A stretch of 60,225 nt of DNA from Bigelowiella natans CCMP2755 (taxonomy: Eukaryota > Protista > Cercozoa), in contig ADNK01001729.1 in assembly GCA_000320545.1 (NCBI GenBank), positions 1 through 60,225 of the forward strand, written 5' to 3'. Within the stretch, counting starts at the first letter, position 1, and the number at the start of each line of letters is the position of its first letter. Made by a program: the position numbers and the translations under genes. Positions 48,887-60,225 of the stretch are shown here, one piece after another. The notes beneath the pieces were generated by a model. That model did no database searches. It was not told the DNA's origin and was given only the letters and a program-made list of their open reading frames with translations.

Positions 48887-51800
48887 TCAATTAGCACTAT
48901 AAGTCAGCTGTTGCTTGTTTCGAATGTGAATCCGTTTTGTACTAGTTTTTTTTGTTGTTACTTTCTGTGTAGTATCCATCCCGAAATTTAGATTTATATC
49001 CTCATCTGATGGTGATGCTGCTTTTTCGTCTTCTGCCTTTTGACATTCCTCTTGCTCGGTATTGTCCATTTTACTATTATTAGGCTCATTAGGCTCAATG
49101 CTTGTTTGACGACTTTCTTGAGAAACTTCTTCGATTATTGTGATTTCCGTGGCCAAAGTACTATTGCTTGTAAGTTCAGAAAATTTTGGGGTAGGTCGTT
49201 GTACAGCACTGAGGTGAAAGGATGACTGTGGGTCAACGAAACTTTCCTCGCCAACAGAATTTTCTGCATGCCGAGCATTGCTGAGATTGTGCTCAATTCC
49301 ACAGCTTGAAAGTCGCAAGCGGCTGCCATAATTACATAAAAAGCAGTTCATATATAATTTTCAACAAGGACTATCGATTAACCTTTCTACAGTGGAGCCC
49401 ACTATCCCAAGATTCAACTTTCCGCTGAAATCAAGATTATTGTTTGGAGTTGCTTTACCTCTTCCTTCGAGAATAAAACTAAGACGATCTTTCTGCGACC
49501 CGTTATGCGAAAAACTAAACATTTCTTCGAACGTGTTCTTCTGCGATAAGCGTTTGTCGGCAGCAGGCCTATTACTGGGTGTGATTGAGGCTTTGCAACC
49601 GCTTTTAGTTGACACAGATCTGCTGAGTATTCGTTCTCTTGGAACATCTCCAGAGAGACTTTTACTAATACTTGGCCGGATATCAGATTGCGGAATACTA
49701 GATGAACTGCTTAACTTTGGGATCGGAAGCTTTGCCGCCCCCGCCGCCGCCGCCGAAGTTTTTCCATCATTCTTAGGTTTTATCATCCCCTTTTCGTTGT
49801 GCCCCTAAGTGATTTTTACGATAAGGCATATTGTTCTAAAATAATTTGGTTCTCTCTTTTATTGTTGAAGGTACACCTTGCTGTCTTCGTATTTCAGTTC
49901 TACTTTTGGCGACGAATCTATGACGGGCATGCTCACAGTCTTATCAGGACCAAAGGTTTTTCCTTTGGAGATTGATCCCCCACATGTTGATGATTGAAGA
50001 TTTAAACTACTGTTATCCCTTTCGTGTTGGTTGGTAAGGACGTCTGTCAAGGAGGTTCTACTTTGTTGTGGGCCTTCATTACTTGTGATCTGTCTTGTCA
50101 TTTGATTCTCCAGGTCTTTCCTCTTTTAAACATAATTGTCATAACAACAAAATAGTATATGAACAAAGAGTATACCTGAGCAAGTTCTTTTTCCCGTGTC
50201 TGTATCTTAGCCTTATCAATCTCAGCGGAAGCTTTTATCTGTTCCTAATTTTGACTAAATTTTAGACTTTTTATGAATGGCTAAGAGTCAATATTAGCTA
50301 CTTTCAATGCAAGTCTCAGCTTGTCGGGTTCTTTCCAGAACTTTAGATTCGATCTGCATTCGTGAGACTCCTGTACATCCACCATCACCTTTTGCAGGGT
50401 GAGCATCCATAGCTTCTGTTCGGCTATTGTATTTAAAATTTTAAAAGATATTATTGACAACAGACAAGAGCATAAATATTACGACCATGTGAAGGAGCCT
50501 TTAAGTCAAACTGTTTTTTAGACCCCCGTATAATGATACGGAATCGCTTCTCGCAATCATTTTTTTCAGCCTCGACAGATTCTACAGTCTAACATAAACT
50601 TTTGATTATGTTATTAAGAAATCTAGAAAGAATCAACATGCACAAAATGACAACCATACCCTACCTCAACGAAGCTTAAAGGAATACTTCCAACTACGCA
50701 AAATGACACATCTCAGATACACTAAAAAGGGAAAATTGTTAGTATAGCGTACTAGCATCCTTTTTAGTATCGCTAGTCTTCCAGTATCTGAATGAAATGA
50801 TAGATGAATGGAAATTCATGCGGGCTGCGGAATAAATATGTTTTATAAAGTTTAAATTCCACAGTAACAACATGCTACCTCAAAAACTTGTCAGTTTTGT
50901 CTAGAACAAAGAAGAACTTTTGCCAGGGATGTATCGACATGAACTTCTTTGGACATTTCTTCCTCAAATATCTAATTTTGTCATTAAATTATACAAAGGT
51001 TATCTCTTACGGTTCAAGCTGTAGATATGTTGCAGCTAACGCTAGTTTCTTCATCTCTCTCCACATTTGCATTGCAGTGAAATTTAATTCATAAACTCGT
51101 CACTTGCTCTATTCTAATCGTCGCATACCCTGAAAGGTCGTGAGCATCCTTATGGCGTCGGCTACCAAGACTGCTACTGTTTGTTCCTTCCTTGTCTCCA
51201 CCAATCTTGTTGGCACTTGGGTCACTCTGCGTAGCCATTGGAGAGTGAATGCCTTCCAACAAGCATGTTCTTAACAAAATAATTAATCGCTCGGCGGCAC
51301 AAAAATAATTACTCGTTCTGGGCGCTTTAAAACAACCTGTTTCTACATTGCGACATGTATGTTCATAGCCTTCCTGCACCAAACCCCGCCGCAGCTGCAC
51401 AGATTTGTTTTGGCATCTATTATTGGAAGCAGACTCGGCATTTTCGTTGTCTCTCACCATGCAGATAGAAAGACGGGGAAAAACCGAATGTTTACCCGCT
51501 ATTTTGTGGATTTGGATAAGAAACAATCGGAACTGTAGCGAAAGGCCAGGGGGTTTGTAGAGATTTCATTGGGGATTTATTGTCGTCCAAGAAATATCCC
51601 AAGGATGTTGCATTATCTCTCCAATACAAATGGTGTTCAGGTTCGTTGATCATCGCTCTAGGGAAGCGATGTCGATCCCTCGATCACGCTGTAGGAAGAT
51701 ATGGACTCAATAACTAAGCTGTAGTTTTATATCAATGTTACTTTATTATCCATAATGGCGTGATAACTGTATGAACCATGTGTAACAAAGTACTCCTTAA

Positions 51801-52527
51801 GGATCTTATCATGAAATCTTGCACCTGCTAAGTCACGACGTGCTTACAAATATTAGATATTCCCGAGAGGGATGGAACATCCTTCGAACTATTAATACCG
51901 GTGTCCATTGTATCGTTGCTCCTACCATCTTACTATGCCATTTGGGGCAAGTGTTTGGAATTAAGAAGCGTAAAATGTCGATATTTGTTTTTGGTTCCAA
52001 AACCAAAGGGATAAATCTTGGAAGAGAGATGGTTCTTTTCTGTTTATTCGAAATGTTTATGGCTTGTCCTGTGGGAATGGCACACTATTTTGTGAATTTA
52101 GATCAGAATGAGCAAACGTGCAGGTGAAAAGTATTTTAGGTTAAACAAATTCGAAGATGTTTAATTTTATCATATTGACAGAATTATAGCCACAGTTGGG
52201 ATGACAATGTATCTATTTTTCAATTTAATGCGCTATCGATTGCTAATTGCCAAGGTTACACGAAAAAGACTTGCTTAAACTTAACCCGGAATAATAGCTA
52301 CCATAATACCTTAATATTTAATCATTTAATCAGGCATCCTCTTTTGATGTAATGAAAAAACGACGCAGAGCAATTAAAATTGTCAACTTTGTAGCTCACA
52401 TGGGTATCTTTGGGTTTGCCCTTGCTTTAAATGTTATCCTCTTAACATCGACTTTCCGAATTGGCGATCACAAGGGTAATCATTGATATGCCTGCACGTT
52501 ATATGTGCATGCTCACACATAACTACA

Positions 52528-52561
<34 letters not shown>

Positions 52562-53654
52562 CGTGTGTGTGTGTATGTGTGAGTATATGTATATTGCAAA
52601 TATGTTGTAAATATATAAATAGATTTCTTTTTTATTGTTAAACATTTGGTTCTCCCTACAAGTAATGATAATTTATCAAATATTTGAGACAATTTTGGCT
52701 GTAGGGGTCCAGGTATGCTTTGCAGCTAATCCATTTGTACCTCTTGGAATAGCTTCGTCCCTAGTTGCAGCAGGTTCGAAGTTTTGATGTATTGGATTAG
52801 CTTTAATCATGATTTTGATTTATAATTTTATGTGTTAGGCGACACAACAATTAGCATGATTTGCTTAGTTCTCAATATATTCCCTGTTTTGGGCGTTTGG
52901 AAAATGTCTGCTCATGAAAGGTTATGTAATTCCGTAACAATCTGACTGTATGATTTACTAGTTCACTAGAAAGTTACTTTTGTTATAATTTCTACATTTT
53001 ACAAGGAAAATTGGGATTTTACGAAACGCCTTTTGGGCCTTTATAGCAATGGGAAGCACGTTCGCTTTTCTAGTAACGGTGACTGTGGTGGATTTTACCT
53101 ATGGCTTCATCGTAGGGTTTGTGGTGGACGTCGGTATAAATAACCTCACAGTATTTAGTTTGGTACTAATTTTATCCAACCTTAGGACAGCTAGACTTGC
53201 TCATCAACTTTCTAGCAATGGCATTATGCTGGCCGGTATCAATTTTTTTGGAGATAGCAAATGATGAATTGAGATAAATACTTGTCTATTAAGGCGGGAT
53301 ACTATGGAAGAGCGATTCGATTTATATTTTGCTGCCGCCGCCCACCGAAAATGTCAGAACTCAGTACTTCCAGAATATCTCGACCCTCGATTGTCCTAAG
53401 GCAGAGCAAGAGAGGATCTCAAACACATGAATCAGGTCTGGGTTTGTAGTTGTTGTCTACAACAATGCCTGCAACGGTTCCAGTTGTAATAAAACAGTAA
53501 CCTCTGGTGCAGAGGCAAGGCCAAGTAGAAGGTCATCAACGAAGGAACTCTCTGGCCGCACCCTTCGTGCCTCTTTAGATGGAAAAAAAACATTATTTAC
53601 TACAACACCGCCATTTTGTAGAACGATTTCACCGCAAAAAACAAGATTTACCAA
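48887..53654 (-). CDS. Multi-exon PH-domain protein with a long Ser-rich disordered C-terminus
   Basis: PH-like exons at ~50340-50970: YLRKKCPKKFMSIHPW...FFVLDK, YWKTSDT, VVGSIPLSFVE, KQFDLKAP, EQKLWMLTLQKV. Long open exons at 48887-50101. N-terminal part not recognised; both ends uncertain. Confidence 0.5.
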
Positions 53655-53869
53655 AGTATGATTTGAATGTACAATAATACTTATGAGTATGCTAGTATGC
53701 TAAACATCAGTTACCTACTTTTCTAACAAGCTATGAAATGCCAAAAGATATGGCCAGATGTCGTACTGAAATTACATTTTCTAGTAATTACATACGAAAC
53801 TTAGATCTCTAGATATCCCTATCGGAGGTATGGCAAAAACGAAACTCTGCAGATACAAACATAACAACA

Positions 53870-54290
53870 TTGTGGAAAATGCTAGATAGGAGTGTGCTGG
53901 CTAGCTGGGTGAATCTAGCGAATCTCCGTCAAGCCATCGTTTTGCACATCTAGACATGCTAGCATGAGCTAAATGGGGCTTAATTAAATTGTGTCAGTTA
54001 CGAGCATGCAAATCATTATCATTTGTGCATCAGCACTCTAGCACTACATGCTAGCATGAACTCTTTAGCTCTAGAGCTTTCCTCTGCTAATTTGGAACTA
54101 GCAATCTGGTAAGAACCAGAGTAGCAGAGAAGGCTAAAAGTGCTTCTCATATCTATATAGTTAGGCATGCTAGCTAGCTAGCTTGCAAGCGCGTGCTAGC
54201 GTGGACTAGATAGCTAGATGGAGGCACAGCGATCTTGAAATGTCTACATGTCTACGTGCTAGCATGCTAGCTAGCTAGCATGTTCTCAAC
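53870..54290. repeat. CTAG/CATG-rich, partly TpA-depleted spacer
   Basis: Dense gctagc/catgctagc/(ctag)n arrays, e.g. 54168-54282. Similar partial patches at ~1930-2430, 11500-12040, 34000-34960 and 48110-48530. Confidence 0.65.
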
Positions 54291-54508
54291 TTGTCACTGG
54301 CTGCTGGTGTATGCTTTTTTTCTTACATTGTTATGAGAATTAAATCTAGCATAGCTTTTAAATTTGTACGCTGCTGCTGCCATACAAGCATTATTCTTAA
54401 GGCGATCCAAAAGGCGGGCAAGCTATGGGACAGCACAATTATCTCTATTGATTGTTCGTGTTACAAACTAAATACTTAAGGCATCTGTTCATTGTATCGG
54501 TCTTCTCA

Positions 54509-54640
54509 TCATTGCACACCGTAAGCCATTCCCATTCTACGAACTTCCTCAGTGAACATATGTGCCAGGAGCTCCGGGCGTGGAACAATTTCCGAATCCA
54601 CCTACGAATTTTCGATTTCGTCAGTGCATCGTTTTTGGGT

Positions 54641-54675
<35 letters not shown>

Positions 54676-54683
54676 TGGACTAA

Positions 54684-54724
<41 letters not shown>

Positions 54725-54791
54725 TGGACTAAAACACACACACACGCACACACACACACACACACGCAATCACAAATATACAACATTATAC

Positions 54792-54828
<37 letters not shown>

Positions 54829-56774
54829 TATATATTTATATGTACTATGTGTGTGTACATGAAAACGCAAATCATCTGTTCAGCGAACGTGTAAATCCAC
54901 ATATATGCTGAAAACTGTTGAGTCTTTAGCAGGTGGGTGCACGCATATATCCAATTGAACATACCACGATATTCCCGCAGATTTTCCCTCTATAACTGAA
55001 CAAAGACACTTGCGGGATAACATTTGGGTAAATAACCTGCATATAGCACCAAATCGGAGAGCATGCAAATGATCATGGAGAGGACCACTTGGAAAAAGTT
55101 ATAAGTAATTAAGCAAGCGATGAAGACTCAGCAAAGAACTACTACAAAGAGCTCATCTCACACACAAAAAGAAATCGGAGAATAGTATCTCGAGGACTAT
55201 ATGTGTATACATATAAACATATCATAAATAAATACGGTATACCTCAACCGCAACAACCTCTTTTCCCGCAACGGCCAACGGCTGTCCAGATATTACAAAT
55301 AAACTATTCAGAAAGAGAGCTTTGATTCATACGCACTACTGCATGCGTTATCATTAATTTGTTCCTTACGATTTGCGGTCCAGGGACATTAGAGATGCAC
55401 ACAGTATGGCCTCCCATCAAATCCGCACATACCTTACAGAATCACATTCAGGTTTATCATCGTACGATTCTCAATTCCATTTAGTTTTGAAACGGTATGG
55501 TTTCTATGTCCCCCCCTCCCCTTTCCCTACACTACACACACAAACACACATAACATACTGCATGCACAGTACACACACACTACACATAAAGAATGCGTTT
55601 AAAATCGAATTTTTGGCTCTTGCCATGTCCTACATTCCGTGTAATTGAGAGAGGCAATATGTTGTATAGCACGTCCTGGAACACTTTCTTCGAATTGCAA
55701 CGCGAATGCACACAAACAATCAGACGAAAGGAGGGACTTAGAGATGCAATGCAGATATTTCAGACTCCCCCAGAAACTGTTTACATTCGTTTCATAGTGA
55801 TATAGGAAATTTAATCGTATCCCATAAAATGGTGGTAACAACCACTACCTGGATGGGCACAGCTGGAGAATTTTTCAGCTTTGTAGTCGCCTCGTTTGTC
55901 CTTTTCAATCGCTCCGACCTTTTTATATTGTGTAAGCATGCATAGACATATGTGCGGTGTGTACACGTATACCCATGTCGCACGGCGGCACTTTTATGGC
56001 TTTGAATTTAAACGCTATGCATCTTGAAAACTTATCATTTGGTCAAAAAAACGCAAGGAGCTAGGGTTGTTTCCTTCCTCGTTTGGTGTAGCTTTCATTA
56101 ATACTTACCGACTCAGATCATCTCCGACGAATAGGGGCTACGGGTTATATCAAACGCAACATTTCTCTCGTCAAAAACCGCAAATATCCACACGTGCGCA
56201 CACGGCCATCTCATACATACACGCACAGCAAAGAACATCCGCGGCAACGTAGAATTGATAAATAATTGTGTCTGTTATGCGTGCGCGTGCAATATGCGTG
56301 AGTTTCAGTGTGTTAGTCGGTCGGGGTGTATAGGCTCACGATTGATGCGAAGCTCCAGTTGTTACCAACTCCTGCAGACCATTGCCTATTACGAATGGCA
56401 GATGAAGAGGTGTAATATATGAAATTGAAAATCTGTAGCTTCCAATCGAGATACCAAAATAGTATCTCATCTAACTTTTCTATGCGTAAATACGATGATG
56501 GCCAAAATGATGAAACAAAAAACATCAACTTAGATTTATGCATTGAATTCATTCTCTTCCTCCATGCGATTAGCTTCTCACGACGTTATTACCTCTCTCC
56601 TGTTTGCTTTTTGCGTGGGAATGCCACGGGCATCAAAGCTCTAATTCTCCGCTCCTACCCGATGATGATCATGATGTTTGATGATAATGATACAATTTTA
56701 CTTGGTAATAATTACTCAATGCTTACAGACAATATGCAATCTTAACACCTTCTCTCTCCTCTCTCTCTCTCCTT

Positions 56775-56817
<43 letters not shown>

Positions 56818-57234
56818 GTGCGAGTAAGTGTGTTTGTGTGTATGTTGGTATTGAGTTGCCTTGGCCTTACCGTTCGATCTGTGGGTGTTTCTCCACAGCA
56901 TCCAGATACCTCTTAACGGCCCTATTGTACAAAACACGCACAAATTCGTAAAACACACAAACACAAAACACACACATACAAATATATATAATATACATGT
57001 GCAGGCATGATGGTTGAAAGGACCAACAGCAACAAGCTAGACTACCTGAAAATGCTGCTAGCAAGACATCGTTCACGCTAACCCCGGCAGCATTCTTTGT
57101 ACTCTTGACAAGAGATAGCGGCACCTCTGAGCAAATGACAAAGCAAAGCATGGGCTGGCGTGTGCTAACAGATTGGAAAAGCATGTTAAGGCATCACTAT
57201 TGATGTTGTATATATCTATAGTATATATATATTA

Positions 57235-57266
<32 letters not shown>

Positions 57267-57641
57267 CGCTCCTGTCTAACCAGGGATAGCTACAATCGTT
57301 CTATCCACCCCATTAGCGCCAAGAGGCGTATCTATTCAATTAAAGCAAACAACAAAATGATCAATATTTCATCCTATCAGTGCTCTACAATGGAGACTTT
57401 TTGTTAAAAGGGATACTGCATTTGTGCGATTTTTGGGAATCCCCCCCCCCCCTCATCTCGCGATCACACGCACGCACGCACACAAACCAACCTGGCCGAA
57501 GGATTGTTGGCGTGTCCCGACGAGCGAAAGGCAGTGTTAGCACCGATGTTGTAGCGGCTACAAGATCAAACTACCGGGAAAAAGAATCATCAAAGATAAA
57601 TCTTGCACAAACACCTACGCACAGATTCACTAAACAAACAC

Positions 57642-57679
<38 letters not shown>

Positions 57680-57881
57680 TCATCCATGCATAGGATCTTA
57701 ATTACTATGCGTGTGATAGACGGCGCAAAAGAACGTTCCTTCCGCTTAAAGGGCGCTGGGGGGGGTACGGGATCTCCTGCAAATAAACAAGCAAACACAT
57801 CATGTAGGAGTATTGCACACCGCCAACAAATCAACTTATAAGCAATATATTATAAATGTATACATATCTACACATATACAT

Positions 57882-57962
<81 letters not shown>

Positions 57963-58617
57963 GTGCGTATGCGTGTATTTTGAAGAAGCGTTTAAATACC
58001 GTTGAGGTCAGTTGTAAACCCTTGGAAAGCTGTAGCGAACGACAACCCGTCTCCAATGCCTATTTTGTTCAAGACAAAGTTGCATTACTCATCTGCGAGC
58101 AGCTCTCTGACTCGGCATCATCATGGGTGCATTTGGACGCTTGGAGTACTCTCTCTCTGATGGCGTTTGATTGGTTTCTACAACACAACGTCGCAGCGAT
58201 GCTAAAGTCTCTGTGTACTATTGTTGGGATCAAACAGTGAGCAAGGTATTACAGTGATCCATGCGAGTAATTAGGGCACTTCTTCCGTTCAGATTCCTCA
58301 CCAAGTGCATCTACAGGGTTATTTGCAGCGGATTCGTCGTTAGTCTCGAGTGCACACGCACATATGCACTCGCGCAAAGGTAGCACACAAAGCTCTCAAA
58401 CCACGATGCAGGCCATTGCCGTGGTGACGTCTGACATATGCCGCAATGGAGAGTTACCTCCCATCGTGGAATAGCAGGGTCTTGCAAAGGTCCAAGAGTC
58501 AACTCAGAGATAGCCTGGAGACAATTTAACACGACGAAGATGCTAAATAATACCACCGAAACCGGGCACAAACCGTAGTCTAGAAAAGACGAGATCATCT
58601 CTCTCTCTCTCTTTCTC

Positions 58618-58657
<40 letters not shown>

Positions 58658-59542
58658 CGTGCGCGTCTGGTCTGAAATTACACGGGAACATATGCAAACA
58701 GCGCGTTGTTACAAGCCTCGGAACATACACATTGTGATGCCACGCAAGGTGTCTACGCCTACAATGGGCGTCAATTCTCCAATATTTAGAATGCACAAAT
58801 TAGTGCTTCCTCCTCGTCATGTAGCGATGACAATTCTCACCTCTCGAAGCTCAACGTCATTAGCCACCTGCGCACGCACACGCAACCACAAGAGACGGAG
58901 ACGATGATTAGTGGCCGTTCGTAGTAAACAGACATCAACGGTAGTGGTTTAAAGCATGCTAAAAAGCAGCAGCAATTCAGGAGATGGGAACGAATATACA
59001 ACGACAGCGTCATCCATAACCACTCGTTGTTCTTGTGCAGATTGTGCGATCAGTGTGGATTATTTAGCCAACTACCACTCGTTGCGTCAGATGCTGCGCA
59101 ATATCAACGTTGACCTAATATCACCAGGCCACGAAGGCATCGTCATTCCGACGAGAAAGCAAAAACTCGATTTCGGTTGTCCTACACCCCTACGCCATCA
59201 CCTTGTTCCACGTCCATCCGAGGCCAAATGGGAGGGGGGCGGGCACGGATGAAAACCGATCGTATCTGAAACAAACGAAACAAACGCGCGCGCACGCGGC
59301 AACGATGAATGGGGAATTCATCGAGAAATTATGCGTGGCATATTTACGCATGCATATTGTGTGTGGGGTTTGTATATATCGTTGTCCTTCACATTGCAGA
59401 CTATCACGCTGCTGGCAAAATGCCGCAACAGCGGGAATGTACGTTAATCCTCAATATCTCTTGCATTGTTCATTGTTTTTTAGCATGGAAAGAGGCTATA
59501 GTTTGACCCTCCAACGAGTAGTAATAGTAGTAATAGTTTCGA

Positions 59543-59574
<32 letters not shown>

Positions 59575-59844
59575 AGTAGCTGTACCTTGGCAGATGATTT
59601 GCTATTATATCCGCTAGGTTTTCGATCTGAAACAAACCGAGGCATATAGAGACATATAGCTTAAAAAAACAAGGAGGTTGCGTATCGCTACCGGTTTACA
59701 TGACTACTACTTCCCACTTCATCATCAAAATCATCATCAACCTAACCTCAGGTGGGTGATCGAAGAAGAGAATAGGGCTCACGATTTGAGGAGGGCTCTT
59801 TGCCCAACTTGGAAAGGCGCCGCTAATGTCGTATTTCAATATAT

Positions 59845-59890
<46 letters not shown>

Positions 59891-60126
59891 ATATTATATA
59901 TGTATATTATATTTGTAATATGTTACATACATACGAACACATGTATTTGTCTATACCAGAATACAAGGGGTTGCTGCAAAGTTGTGCGCGTGTGTAGTTG
60001 TTACCATGCAAGTGCTTCGTCCAAAGGATGCATGTTTGGATCTCGAAACAACCGAAGAAATATGTAGTGCACTAACCCTACAAAGAGAGCAGCCAAACCA
60101 TCCACATTTATATATATATGCACGTA

Positions 60127-60168
<42 letters not shown>

Positions 60169-60225
60169 ACATACGCATGTCACTAGTCGGTCCCGGTATC
60201 TAACGAGTAGCATGAACATATGCTT
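54509..60225 (-). CDS. Multi-exon wax-ester synthase/diacylglycerol acyltransferase (WS/DGAT) family protein; 5' end probably outside the window
   Basis: PAIPRWE|MHLVRNLNGRSALITRMDH|CIGDGLS (variant of the HHxxxDG motif), VPLSLVKSTKNAAGVSVNDVLLAAFSG|AVKRYL, ALMPVAFPR, GNNWSF, TVCISNVPGP, and a final exon VDSEIVPRPELLAHMFTEEVRRMGMAYGVQ*. Confidence 0.88.

Noticed and set aside
54643-54745. Duplicated (TA)n-cattggactaaaaca unit as a CRISPR-like or regulatory array
   Set aside because: Only two copies within an intronic microsatellite; a local slippage duplication or assembly artefact.
57887-57965. Intronic (TA)n-(TG)n compound microsatellites as products of the TA->TG mutator
   Set aside because: Compound dinucleotide tracts are common slippage products, and the adjoining pure (TA)n is intact.

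Overview
Eukaryotic nuclear DNA: gene-dense, with many short GT-AG (some GC-AG) introns full of (TA)n/(CA)n/(GA)n microsatellites. A signal-peptide plus transit-like leader on a CBSX-type gene suggests an alga with a complex plastid (chlorarachniophyte-like; inference only). Genes assembled by eye from exons, in order: USP7/UBP12-like C-terminus (+), nitrilase-fold protein with a long C-terminal extension (-), C9orf85/DUF2039 (+), ankyrin-repeat protein (-), small CaaX protein (-), large PH/AGC-pseudokinase/possible DH protein (+), Erg28-like (+), possible 56-aa spliced micro-ORF (+), intronless cathepsin L-like protease with a Cys-rich insert (-), histidine phosphatase/PGM (-), plastid CBS protein (+), PH protein (-), WS/DGAT (-, runs off the window). 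The most striking signal is non-coding. The spacers between genes (strongest at ~15270-16620, ~31790-33300 and ~37070-39400) have almost no TpA, are rich in TpG/CpA, keep CpG, and the TpAs that survive lie mostly inside CTAG. Introns and short head-to-head promoters keep TpA. This looks like a targeted, RIP-like TA->TG/CA (A:T->G:C) hypermutation process acting on non-genic DNA. All counts and exon joins are by eye, and multi-exon gene ends are approximate.
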